Positions 23,546 through 35,292 of a stretch of 64,000 nt of DNA are shown here, piece by piece. The DNA lies in contig NIVC01001295.1 of the NCBI GenBank assembly GCA_002269645.1, positions 67,285 through 131,284 on the forward strand, given 5' to 3'. Below the pieces are notes generated by a model, which saw only the letters and a list, made by a program, of their open reading frames with translations, was not told the origin of the DNA and did no database searches. Source of the DNA: Macrostomum lignano (taxonomy: Eukaryota). The position numbers and the translations under genes were made by a program. How positions within the stretch are numbered: the first letter of the stretch is position 1; every line of letters begins with the position of its first letter.

Positions 23546-26330
23546 CCTCTTCCACACTAATGCCTTAGGGTTTCACTCACGCAAGTGACGGATGGTACGC
23601 ATAGCGTACCATAGAATATTTTGTGGCCGCAAAAATTTTGGCAGCACACCCTTAAGTGCCGGCTAGGCGGGAATTTTTCGCTTTGCCTATCTTTCTTTCT
23701 TTACGAGCGGCTTATTATTTTACGGCGTTTATAATCGTTTGATTTCGATCTTCTTTAATTCACAGCTCCACCGATTGACCGCCTGGTTTGTGTGTTTCTT
23801 TATTACGGTTAATTTTATTTTTCCTGTGTTACTTTTTATACTATTTTGTGTTTGAACATTTTAGTACGCTTTCCATTTGTGTATATATCCTGTTTGTAAA
23901 GTTATAGGCTTTATTTTGTATCGCTGTTACATTATAAGTTATTTAAATTAGCTAGAGCTTTTTGTATCGAATATGGCCATGCAGTTTATTCGTCAAGCTC
24001 TTGTGGGTCTTCGTGGTGGGCCAGCTGAGGTCTCAAGCGATTCTGATGACAGCTCCGAGGACGAGATTTTAGAGGAGGAATCTATGGATGAAGATGTGAC
24101 TGAAGAACAAGGCGATGATGCTGAAATGCAGTGGCGAGGCGTGACTGAGGAGACGGATACACGAGAAAGCGCTGATGTGGAATTTTTCGGTGTTGAAGGC
24201 CTGAATCATGAAGTTCACGTTCCCGCCGACGTTGAGAATGGAATCGGAAGTTTCTTTTCAATGTTCGTTACTGACGATCTATTGGAAATGTTATGCAAGT
24301 TTACCAATGCTAGGGCATGGGCCGAGGTGCATTCATGCGAAGAAGATGGTCTTGGTCAAATGCCTGCAAGGTTGTCAGCTTGGCGCGATTGCACAATTTC
24401 CGAGATGAAAAAGATGCTAGCCATAATCATGTACATGGGTGTCGTCAAAAAGCCCGACATGCGTGCATATTGGTCCACTGATGAGTTTTACGGCAGCAGC
24501 CTGTTTCAAGGCGAGTTTTGCATCGCTCGAGAGCGCTTCCAACAAATCCTCTCCTTCTTACGCTTCTATGATTGCCAGGACAACACGAACGCTGACGATC
24601 CACTAAGAAAGGTGCGCCCATTCCTGCAATATGTTTGCCAAATTTGCAAAAGAAACTACTCACCAGGCAGGGAAGTTGCGGTCGACGAGGAGCTGGTTCT
24701 TCATAAGGGCCGGCTCATTTTCAAGCAGTATATTCCTAAGAAGCGGGCTCGCTTTGGAATAAAAACCTACTGCCTCGTCGACGCCAAAACCGGCTATCTC
24801 TGGAATATACTCGTTCATTCAACACCGGATGAAAATGCTCGCTTCGGAGAGGGCCTGGGCTGCGCTGAACTCAGCATAACTGAAAGAATTGTTGTTGAGC
24901 TCATGCAAGATCTTTTCGGCTTAGGCTACCAAGTATTCACTGATAGTTTTTTTCACGTCAATTCGACTTGCCAGTTTTCTTCTCGAGAAAGGCACCACAA
25001 TCACCGGTTCAGTCCAGGCAAATCGAGGCATCCCAGACTCGCTTAAGACTGCTAATATTCCAGCTCCCGGCTTTCGCTTCATGCGTAAAGGTGATGTCCT
25101 GGCAATAAAGATGACCGACAAGAAGGCAAGTGGCGTTAAGACTTTGCATCTCCTCGACACTCACGGTGTTGCCGGCTCGGTCGAGCGACAGACCATCCGC
25201 CGCGGAGGGCTAGTGCAGCTGGTTAGGAAGCCTACGAGCGTTGCGAACTGCACCAAATTCATGGGAGGAGTCGATAGACTGGACTCGTGTCTCCAACCGT
25301 ACCACCCTAACAGGAAGACATACCGATGGCATCAAAAGTTAGCGCTCCATCTGATGTTTCAACTGGTGCACAATTCCTGGGTTGCCTACCGAATTTCAGG
25401 TGGATCCCGGCCTTTTCTGCGATTTTTGGAAACCTGCATCACTTGGCTAATGAGGAGCAAGGGCACTGGGAAGCTGCGGTGCATGCGGACGACGCCTGCT
25501 ACACACGCTGGTGACGGACACTTTCCTTCGAAGCTCCCACCTACCCAGGGAAATCCACGTCCGTCTAAGCGCTGTCGCGTCTGCTACAGAAATTGAGTAT
25601 CAAAGCGCACAGTGACCGTCTGCAAGGGTTGTGTGAATCAGCCGGGACTGTGCATTGGAGACTGTTTCGAGCAGTGGCACGTTTAAGTGCAGTCCCTGGT
25701 TCGTGTGACTTCTCAGCCAGCGTTTAGAGCTTACACAAGTTTGCGCAACTTATCCTGTGCAATGTACGAAACTTGAGTATGTATCGTTGTTTATTATTCT
25801 CGTTCTAATGTCAGATGTGGATTAGATATTGCAAAAAGCTGTCATCATGATTTACGAAGCATCAACGGGCGAGCCTATTGGATTGCTGCATATTTCGCAA
25901 GGAGATGTCGTTGGTTTGTCGTCTTCTGAGATTGGCGAGCGAATCCGGCGAAGGCGACTATGCAAGGCATGCTGAACGATCTGGCTCAGTTGGATGTGAA
26001 TGAAATCGAGGCGCTGTTAGCTGGTCAAGACCGGAACGAGACTTGCTCAGGGAGATGGATGTAATGCAACTCGACACTACGCCAAAGTCAGTTCTGTTGC
26101 AAGAAAAGTGGGCACTTCGTAAGTTCACATTCAACAACTGCCAATTCCACGTGCATATTTCGAACATGCCTTGATCCGGCGTACAGCTTGGACCGATTTG
26201 TGCTAAATCCGTTGATTGTTTTGTTTATATTAGGTTTTTATAATGTTACAAACTTGTTTTTTTATATTAAGTTTTTATAATGTTACAACTGCTAAATATA
26301 GCATTAAATAGATAGCTCAGACGTTGGCTT
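23546..26330 (+). mobile_element. piggyBac-like DNA transposon, right end not found
   Basis: Begins CCTCTT directly after TTAA (23542-23545), where LINE homology stops. Encodes a piggyBac transposase. The right boundary is approximate. Confidence 0.7.
23973..25686 (+). pseudogene. piggyBac (PGBD4-like) transposase with two lesions
   Basis: DDD triad in VAVDEE, TDSFF and GGVDRLD. An extra T in the T7 run at 24947-24953 shifts the frame. TGA at 25594-25596 interrupts the C-terminal Cys-rich domain (RCRVCYRN*VSKRTVTVCKGCVNQPGLCIGDCFEQWHV). Confidence 0.9.
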
Positions 26331-27049
26331 CGGCCATAGACATTCAAAGCGTGCAACAATCTGGCTTGATTGCTATACCCCTAAAAACCCCTCCAAAATG
26401 ATACAATGGCTGAAACACGAACTGGTGCGCGTAGCGCACGAGGGTTTTTACCATAGACGCACAAGTCAAAGTGCTTGATACCCATTCTTATTGTATTTGA
26501 CCCGACATGTGTGGCTAAAGTAGAAAAGGGTGGAGCTGGGGGTGTGGGGACGAAGCCCCCACAGTTAGACCTGAACCATAGACAAAATAAGCTAAATAAA
26601 GAAACATTGCGCATTACATTCTTGCAGGATTGCCATTCCTGCACCGAGTGCACATGTAAATTCAAGGTGCTTTTACCATAGACTTGAATAGACAGATTAA
26701 ATATACAGAACTATCAATCCCGCTTGCAGAGTCAAACCGGCACCACTCAGCTATTCTTTACTACATCGTTATAATGTATCATACCGATTAAACTTGTGAT
26801 AATCACTTGCAAAAATGTAATATCAATAGTCAATACACTTTGCATACAAACATATTGCGAAAATACTCTCATGCACTACATCTACGAGCGTATCAATTAT
26901 CTACAATCTTCTGAAATCTTGCATGCACGGATTGGTTGAAAAATAGGGAAGCAGCTCCGCTGAGTAGGGGAGCCGAGCCATCACCAAGAAAAACTTAGAG
27001 TAGGAGTTTGGGCTGTGGGGATGGAGCCCCCGCTAAGACAAACTTAAAG

Positions 27050-27406
27050 GGGGGCCGTAGCCCAGCGGTAGCGCAGCTGCTCTGGTGTGCCGCGACCCAG
27101 GCTCGATTCCAAGTGCATCCACATTAATTTGGGGCTGAACTGGAATTTCGGCTTGGCTCGCCTGTGCAATTAACGGCCTTGAGAGCCAACCCCCCAAGGC
27201 GCAGTGAAGTGTACATGCCTAACGATAATATAAAGTTAGGGCCGCTGTACACTCCTGTGTGAGTGTGTGCCTGCGTAACGTATCCGCGCGCTTGTATGCC
27301 TGCTCAGGGGAGTCGGGCGGAATGGGCAGTAATGCCTCTCGCCGGTTGTGTGCCTATGTCGCCTAAAGTGCGCCAGGGTGCACACAACCCCCCTGCCTCT
27401 AAAAAA
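27050..27406 (+). mobile_element. tRNA-derived SINE
   Basis: tRNA-like head with A box TAGCCCAGCGG and B-box-like GGCTCGATTCC, an A tail, and a 14-bp TSD agacaaacttaaag. Confidence 0.85.
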
Positions 27407-27810
27407 AGACAAACTTAAAGTAAGAGTTTGGGGGCGTGGGGTGGGGTGGAGCCCCCGCTAAGACAAACTTAAAGTAAGAGTTTGGGGGCGTGGGTTGGGG
27501 TGGAGCCCCCGCTAAGACAAACTTAAAGTACAATAAGAGTTTGGGGGCGTGGGGTGGAGTCCCCGCCAAGGCAAACTTAAGAGTTTGGGGGCGTGGTGGT
27601 GGAGTACCCGCCAAGGCAAACTTTAAGTAAGAGTTTGGGGGCGTGGGGGGTGGAGTACCCGCCAAGGCAAACTTTAAGTAAGAGTTTGGGGGCGTGGGGT
27701 GGAGTCCCCGCCAGGGCAAACTTTAAGTAAGAGCTTGGAGGCGTGGGGGTGGAGTACCCGCCAAGGCAAACTTTAAATAAGAGTTGCGAGGAGTGTTGGG
27801 GCGGAGCGCA
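27407..27810. repeat. G-rich minisatellite (~49-bp unit)
   Basis: Tandem aagagtttgggggcgtggggtggagt(a/c)cccgccaaggcaaactttaagt. Confidence 0.9.
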
Positions 27811-28329
27811 CCACCAAGGCTAATTAAATTAATAGTTTTGGAGACTATATAATTCCGGTCATTACATTTGCTATTTGCTCCCACTTTAGCGGGAGCAATC
27901 TGGAATCATCTACTACTCGTAGTTTCCAAGGAAGTGAACGGACGCACGGGGTCTTGAACTCTTGCTCTCCGTTGGATGGCTTTTAGCTGTCATTTCCCTC
28001 TACTGTCGTCTCTGTTTTTCATTGTACTTTTAAAAACAAGTTCCAAATTTTTTAAAATAAAAAAGTGAAACAATACATTAAAATGATCGTGTCTTTCTGA
28101 GCTACTTCAAGTAATGCATGCATGTTATTATTAGCTAGCTCGTATTAAAAATTGACAATTTTTTAGAACTTTTACTGACACATCCTATTGTTGCTAGTAT
28201 TAGTAGTATTATCTCAGTAAAACTTTTTAGTAATACGCACGTACAGCACTAGGAAAGCAATATGGCTGCTCCTTCCGGTGTGCAACAAAGCGTGATACAT
28301 TGATAAAACAGGCTAACAGGTGCTATTCA

Positions 28330-28608
28330 CAGGGGTGTCGACATTGATTTTATGGTGGGGGACAAAGAAATAAATTTTACTTGTACATGCACATGACTGA
28401 ATTCCTCTATTTACATGATTTTGAGAATCGGTATTGTCAGCACTCATTTTAGCGTCACAATTGCTAAACTTTAGCGCTCTGAAACAAATCTATTGCTTTA
28501 CTCAACGGGTAATAAGGTGGGGTGAGGGACAAAACATTATCATGTCCCCCATAGCTCATACTGGAGGGGGACATCTCCCCCCTGTCCTACCCGGTGGCGA
28601 CGCCCCTG
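28330..28608. mobile_element. hAT-type MITE (CAGGGG family)
   Basis: Termini CAGGGGTGTCG...CGACGCCCCTG; imperfect 8-bp TSD gctattca/gctgttct. Confidence 0.8.
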
Positions 28609-28667
28609 GCTGTTCTTAAACTTGCAATTCAGAAGATGCTAAATGTACGAGTACTAACTCAACAGTC

Positions 28668-30683
28668 CACGGAAAGGCGTTTGACTCGGTGTTGAGAGCC
28701 GCTCTCCCCTTTGTCCTTCGAGCCTACCGGGTGCCCCAGCAGCTAATCGACGCTGTCATGGCGCTGTATTGCGATACTCGAGCTGCTGTGGTGACGGCGG
28801 ACGGCCTGTCTGACCTGTTCGACACTTCATCAGGAGTTCTGCAGGGAGACACTTTGGCGCCGTTCCTCTTCGTGCTGCTCCTGGACTGGGTGCTTCGGAC
28901 CGCACTCCCCTCGGCTAATGACGGCTTCCTGCTGCGCAGACGCATCGGTCGCCGCCACGGCGAAAAGCGCCTAAGCGTGCTTGGCTACGCCGACGACCTC
29001 GCCCTCCTGTCCTCGTCTGTTGAAGGCGCCCAGCGCCAGATCGACAGGTTGGTCGAGGTAGCATCGAGCGTCGGTCTGGTTGTCAACACGCTGAAGACCG
29101 AGGTGCTGACTGTGTATAAGCTTCCTAGTTGGCCGCAAACTAAGAACCTTACATATGATTAATAGTAACTCAAACGAGGTAGAATATGCTTGGATGTTAT
29201 TTACCGATCAACCATATAATTATATTTACTACTACATTTTCAACGTTTGTATTAATAAGTAAATAAGCAAATAAGCGAGCTACAAGCAGGGAGAATAAGT
29301 CTGAGACACTACGGTATAACTAAGCTACTCAAATACTCCTATTAATCTATTATATATATATATATAAATTACGCCTATCTACCTGGTCTGAGACCGATAC
29401 GCTACTATTCATAAATCTATAGTCATGGCAGTGCTCAGTCTTACCCTCCGGTCACAGGTGTCTGCAGAAGCGGTCGTCGTGATTTACAAACTATTAAGCA
29501 ATCCAAAAGTTAATACAAGGCGTGTAAAAAGAGAGTGAAAAGAGAGTGAGAAAAGGTAAAGTTTTAGACATTTAACCCCTCGCTTATTTATAGTAAATTT
29601 CCCCGATGAAGTCTCTGTGAAACTGTCTGCGTTATCATTTCCCACGTCTTCCAGCCACCGCGCAATTCCGGCCGATTCTCACGGTTCCCCTTTCTCGTGC
29701 GATTCCTGAAATGCCTCTGTTAAAAATGTAATTGAACCCCGCCCCACATAAAGCATACAACCCCTCTAAAGTGGAAGCAGACTTTTAGGGCGGCCTGCAC
29801 TCGCCCTTTGCAATGCCGTCATCAAGCACTTGTGGCTTTTTGTAAGAGTGCAGCTGTCCACAACTGCTACACTCCACCACGCTCTGATAACAATGCATTT
29901 CCCTAATTTCCTAAATCCTAAGTCCTATTCCTAATAGTTCCTACGATAGTCCCTAAATAGTCCCTAAGGCCTACATGCATATGAAATTGAATCCTTATAC
30001 TGTGCCGGCCGACATCCCAGCAGACCCGACATGCCGCGGCGCAGACGGGCAGACGACCAGGCTCGCACGCTGCCAGCGGTTCACCTACCTCGGCGGTCTG
30101 GTGCCCCACGTGGAAGAAGACCTCCGGCGGCGCAGAGGACTTGCCTGGGCGGCCTTTCGTTCGATCCGAGCCGTCCTCCAGTCCGAAGCGCTGCCCGACC
30201 GCCAGAGGGCTCGGCTGTGGCAGGCGGTGGTCGAAACCGTCCTGCTCTACAACGCCGAGACGTGGACGCTGACGGCTACGCTGGAGCGGCAGCTGGACTC
30301 GGCGCACTCAGGGCTGCTCCGTGCGGCCTTTCGAGCTGACGAGAGCGTCGGGACCGAGGCCCTGTACGATCGGGCCAAGCTGCAGCGCCCGTCCACCATC
30401 CTGCTCCGACGGCGACGCCAACTGGCGGGCCACGTGATCCGGGCCGAGGGCTACTGCCCCCAACCTGTTCAGGACGTCCTGCTGCTCACCTTGCAGGGCC
30501 CGTTCAGGCGGGGTCAGGCCCCAACCCGTCGATACGTGGACTGCCTGCTGTGCGACGCTGGGGCGCCCGACACTGCCAACGGAGCGGACTTCGTTCGCTC
30601 TCAGGCTCTGCGGCGCGCCATCTGACGCGCCCTGCTCTAACTGACTTTGCACGCGGGGCCGCGTATTTTGTTGTTGTTGTTGT
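28668..30683 (+). mobile_element. 5'-truncated RTE-clade LINE, interrupted by an 885-bp insert
   Basis: RT motifs KAFDSV, GVLQGDTLAPFLF, LGYADDL and LLYNAETWTL; (TTG)n tail; putative TSD acagtc. Confidence 0.9.
29115..29999. mobile_element. 885-bp insertion, probable solo LTR
   Basis: Absent from the paralogous RTE at 39330-39345. 5-bp TSD ctgtg, inverted ends TATAAG...CTTATA, no ORF. Confidence 0.6.
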
Positions 30684-31196
30684 ACAGTCGGAACACGAAA
30701 GAAGCCAGACGCGAACACAAATATGAGAGAGCGATCAAAAATGCCCCAAAGACTTGCGACAGTTAAAACCAAGGAGTTCTATAATTAGCAATCATAGATT
30801 ATTAGTTTAACGCGAAGAGTATAAAAAGCGATCGCAAACAACTAAAGGAAAAGAAAAACTTGACTAAAAGACAAGCTTGTATAAATAAGGATAAATGAGA
30901 CCACAAAAGATTAAACAAATTAAATCCAACACAGACAGACAAAGCCAACTGAATCAACGCGAAAAGGCCTTGAAATCAGATCGGGCAGATAGGCGCAAAA
31001 GGGAGGGGCACGACGGAGGGAGAGAAAGTGCACAAGGCTTGGCTTCGGAAAACAAAGCTTAGTAAAGAAATAAAAAATTTTCTAAGGTATATTTGAATGT
31101 TTAAACTCTTGCTAAATAGTTTATCGATAAATGGTTCGTTTTCAGTAAATTAGTTGTCGATGCCATTTCTGCGCTCTTTCGTCTTCTATTTTTGCA

Positions 31197-32346
31197 TCAC
31201 AGGCTGCACGCACTCCGCAGCTGGTCGAACTGGGCCGCATCGAGGTTGCCAGTCAGCAGAGCCCAGCACTGCAGCCAGCCGTCGAACGGTTGGATTGCGG
31301 CTGACATGCAGCTGCCGATCAGAAGGTTGTTGTGAATGTTGGAAAAATTGCCTCCTCCGGAAAAAACCATCGACATATGAATAGACTTCATCATGGATCC
31401 ATTGTAGTAGGCGTTGGATGAGAAGGTCATACCTACGAAGTTGATTCCAAAGCTCGTCAGCCGCTCGACTGAGTCTCCAGCACAGCCACTTGCCCAGGTC
31501 ATTAAGGAACTACTGAGAGTACCAGAAGCAAACTGGACCTTAGCAGTGATGTTGCCGTCGCTTTTTATGTACAAATTAGTTGGGGTTGTTGGATTGTTGA
31601 CATCGAGAAACGAGCTGATGCACTTGTCGCTGAAACATTGTGCACGGGTGATCGAATGTTCATAAATAAATCCTTTTTTGATAGAAACCTAATTATTCAG
31701 TCATATACATAAATACTCACACAGAGTTGCAGGAAAACTTTCCCTGAAAGAACATGCTGTACTGCTTCCCAAATGCAAAATATTTGCTGAATTCGGCAGT
31801 CGAGACTTTCACGTAGGAGCCGCTCGAGCCCTGCAGACGAACTCCATCGACTGGACTCTGCTCGGTGACGTTCACTGGTTCCGCCTGGTAAACTGATTGG
31901 TTGACGAAGTTTTTGAAGCTCTTCTTGAAGTTGTACCACAGCACGAAATTCGAGGACAAGTTCTGGATGACCGAAGCTTCCGACAGCGAGCTCGCAGGAG
32001 TGGCAGAAGTTGGCGCGCTCGGACCTACGGTGACTTCAGAAGCCAGCAGCCTTCTCCTAGCGACCATCCGGGACCCGCAGCTCCCGGTCGATGTCGGCAT
32101 CGCAGACAACCTGTAGCAGACGGCCCTGTCTGTCAGGTACACAGACAGGCGACACTCGCCGCTGAGAGTGCAGAGCAGCGAGCACTCGGGCTCACTCGGC
32201 GCGGCCACAGCCTCAGCATTCACAGGCTCCGTGGGGCAGTCGCTGGTCAGCAACTCAAACACTGCGGAGCCGTGCTCGAGTGCCACCGACTGGTACAGCA
32301 CCAGCGAAAAAGCACAGGCAGTGAGCCAAATGACGGGTGAATTCAT
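31197..32346 (-). CDS. Secreted PAN/apple + LamG/ConA-like protein, copy 3 (352 aa, chimeric)
   Basis: Exon 1 32346-31721 is nearly identical to copy 2. The 91-bp intron and exon 2 (31629-31197) match copy 4. Confidence 0.85.
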
Positions 32347-32523
32347 TATTAGATCAGTTTTATAACTGCATGTGCTTGTTGAGATTCTTGGAGAGAAACG
32401 ACGTGTAGGAAATAATTCTCTTGGGAATCTGTTCAGGCTTTATCTTATTGGAAAGATACTTGCGAGGAACAAGGAAATTTCGTGTCGCATGCGATTGGAG
32501 GAAAAATTCCGGCATTACTGCAG

Positions 32524-32859
32524 CAGGGGCGTCGCCATGGTGGGGGGACAAAGCCAAGAATTCTAGCTACATGTACGTCCATATACTCAAAATGGTTAGT
32601 CGCTGGGTATCTATCTAGGTATTTTCAGAATCGGTGTTGTCAGCTCTCTTTTTGGCGCTGCAGGCACTCATTAGCACCACAGGTACTAATTAGCGCCACA
32701 GGCACTCATTTTGGCGCCGCAGGTGCCTTGTTTTGTCGCCCTGCAGCAAAAGTTTTGATTTCCATAACGGGTCGCAAGGTGGGATGGGGGGACAAAGCAT
32801 TTGCATGACACCTTCATATCTTTTACTGGGGGACATGCCCCCCGGTGTAACGGCCCCTG
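32524..32859. mobile_element. hAT-type MITE upstream of copy 3
   Basis: Duplicate of 17638-17973. Confidence 0.8.
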
Positions 32860-33450
32860 AGTGGAAGGCTCTGTGGTTGCTATGCAGGAAATAAAGAAGC
32901 CATTCTGTCGCTACCAATACTCGTCCGTTAGACCATATGTTTTTTTGCTTGAGCTGAGATGTTTTTTATCATAGAAAATGCAAAAGGATATTGAAAATGC
33001 TTTTAACATTTTCAGATAGGCGTTAAACATTAGGAAAAGAAATTTAAGAATGGCTTGGCTTTGCAGTACCTTTTAATAGAAATACGAGTAAGTTGTTTCT
33101 AAGTTGGGTCTAAGTTTTAAAGTGACCTAATACAATCACGACTCAGATGTGGCTCAGTGGACGCTGCTAGTGGCTCTGAATCATTAATTTTTAGTTTCGA
33201 CATCGTCAAGGCAAGAGCTGCTCTACAAACAACTTATATTCAATAATTCAAATGTCACGATTGCATGGTCCGACCGGGCGTAGCTTGGTTGGGTGTTAAA
33301 CCAGTGGGGCGTCGCTCTTGTGCGTTGGTACGGGGGGTGGTGGGCCTGGCCTTGGTCACGTGCCCGCGGCCTGGGTGGCGTTTATTTAATACGGTGCGGG
33401 CTGTCGCTGACCCGCCAAGCGCGTATTGATTTTTTTTCTCAATTTTTGCA

Positions 33451-34569
33451 ATGGCTGACCGCGACAAACTTATGCACCTGAGCAAGGTGGCTCTGCTAGC
33501 CTTGTGTGCCAACGCTAACATAAGCAGTCGGGGCAACAAGGCCGACCTTGTCAGCGCCCTGCTCGCAGCCCCAGACCAGTCGTGGACAGATTCGCTGTTG
33601 CAGAACATGGAGCAATCTGAGCAAGAAGCCGAAGCAGACGACAACATCAGTACGGAGGCGGCTCGGGAGTCGGCGGCGGGCCTGGACGAGGACATCGCGA
33701 AGGCGGAGAAGGAGATCAGACTGTTGCAGCTACGCAAGGAAGCCGCTCAACTCAAGAGGGAGATCGGAGATCTGCAGCGCGAGTGTCCATCCACGCGTCC
33801 TATGAATCGCGGTGAGTGTGCCAAGCCTGCTGGCCCCAGTTACTTTCCTGATGGGTGTGATGATGCTGAATTAGACCAAGCAGATAATGGCAATGAGCTG
33901 CTTGACAGATTGTTGTCACAGAACAGGGCCAATGAACGGATGGAGTGTTCTGGTAGACGTAAGGCTCTCCTGGTTCGTGATTTCCTCGACGGCTTTGAGC
34001 AGGAAGAGGTGCTGGCTAATGGTTCTGGTGGCCGAATCACTTACAAGAGCAGAAAACCTAATCCAGATAGCATCACGGCAGCGCAGTATTTGGTAGGCAA
34101 TTGCAGGCTGATGATGCAGATGATCAAGGATGGTGCCCTGGTGACTAGTAGAAATGGAACTGCCGACACGACTGATTTGATGAATTACTTACGCTACTCA
34201 ATACAGATTGGCGAGCTGTTTGACGCGGGCTTCGGCCTTGCGCAGGTGAATCGTTTTGACGAGGACTACCGCACTAGGCAAGCTGAAACTGGCATGCGAT
34301 GGGGCAAGGAGTCTTTCCAACTCGTTGCTAAGCACTTAATCAGAACTGGAACTCCAGCAAACCATGGAGTCAGCAAGTCATTGCCCCAGCCACGGCAGCA
34401 GCGTTTTCAAAAACCAATAGACCCCAAGAGCCTCAGAACGCCAGACGGGGAAGAGATCTGCTTGCACTTTAATCGCCGGGGGTGCTTCCGGTCGAGCTGC
34501 AAATTCCGGCACGTATGCCGCATCTGTTTCGAGGCCCACCCTGAGGCCAACCATTCGACAAAAAACTGA
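33451..34569 (+). CDS. DIRS/Ngaro gag-like ORF (372 aa, intact)
   Basis: N-terminal SAP/HeH-like helices (LALCANANISSRGNKADLVSALL) and a C-terminal CCCH/CCHH zinc-finger region (ICLHFNRRGCFRSSCKFRHVCRICFEAH). Confidence 0.75.
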   Translation: MADRDKLMHLSKVALLALCANANISSRGNKADLVSALLAAPDQSWTDSLLQNMEQSEQEAEADDNISTEAARESAAGLDEDIAKAEKEIRLLQLRKEAAQLKREIGDLQRECPSTRPMNRGECAKPAGPSYFPDGCDDAELDQADNGNELLDRLLSQNRANERMECSGRRKALLVRDFLDGFEQEEVLANGSGGRITYKSRKPNPDSITAAQYLVGNCRLMMQMIKDGALVTSRNGTADTTDLMNYLRYSIQIGELFDAGFGLAQVNRFDEDYRTRQAETGMRWGKESFQLVAKHLIRTGTPANHGVSKSLPQPRQQRFQKPIDPKSLRTPDGEEICLHFNRRGCFRSSCKFRHVCRICFEAHPEANHSTKN

Positions 34570-34577
34570 AGTCTGCG

Positions 34578-35292
34578 ATGCTCTGTTTTAATCCTAAAAT
34601 TTTGCCTAATGCTCAGCCTGCTTTAAATTTTAACAATCCTGTCGTTGGCAGTGCAGGGGGTCGCCTGCGTTTTTGTTCGTGGGATTCTGAGCTTGAGAAT
34701 GACCCTGATCGGAATTTTATCCTAGACGGCATCGCAAATGGTTTTCGCATTACTGATGGCAAAGGGCTTTGTGAGACTTTTAATGCCAATTACATGTCTA
34801 CTTCTGCTTTTCATCGCGCTGTTGAGCTGCAAATTAAAGAAGAGATTGAGAATGGCAGGTATTTGATTGTGCCTAAGAAGCCTACGATGGTCAGCCCTCT
34901 GGGAGCAATTCCCAAGGATAACGGGAAGGTTCGACTTATTCATGACTGCAGCACGCCTCCGGGCTACTCGGTAAATGACAACTATACGAAGAAGCTGAGC
35001 CCCAGGTTTGAGTCCGTCAAGAAGGTTGCTGCCTCTATCGGCAAGGGCTGGTTCATGGCAAAGCTTGATTTGTCGCAAGCTTACAGAAGCGTGGCGATCC
35101 ATCCGGATGATTACCAGGCGACCGGCATTGGTTGGCGCTTTAAAGGCAACCGTGATCTGACATGGCTTGTCGACACCCGGCTACCCTTTGGTAGCTGCGC
35201 CTCGGTCGAGATTTTCTACCGGCTTAGTCAAGCGGTCAAGAGGATGATGGTGCGACGCGGCGTGGCCAATATTTCGGTTTACATGTTGAAAC
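34578..35292 (+). pseudogene. DIRS/Ngaro reverse transcriptase, truncated just before YxDD
   Basis: SPLGAIPKDNGKVRLIHDCS, AKLDLSQAYRSVAIHP and RLPFG. Homology ends at ISVY. Confidence 0.85.

Larger units (their letters stand above)
26705..31720. repeat. Segmental duplication, right block (matches 36835-41057 apart from the 885-bp insert)
   Basis: Near-identical SINE, minisatellite, MITE, RTE fragment, 3' flank, exon 2 and 91-bp intron. Confidence 0.95.
33266..35292 (+). mobile_element. DIRS/Ngaro-type retrotransposon fragment (gag plus N-terminal RT)
   Basis: Flanked by the 15-bp direct repeat AATGTCACGATTGCA (33251-33265 and 35293-35307). The empty site is visible at 18365. Confidence 0.85.

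Noticed and set aside
27050-27125. tRNA gene (also 37224)
   Set aside because: No clean cloverleaf or anticodon arm, and it continues into a SINE body with an A tail and TSD.
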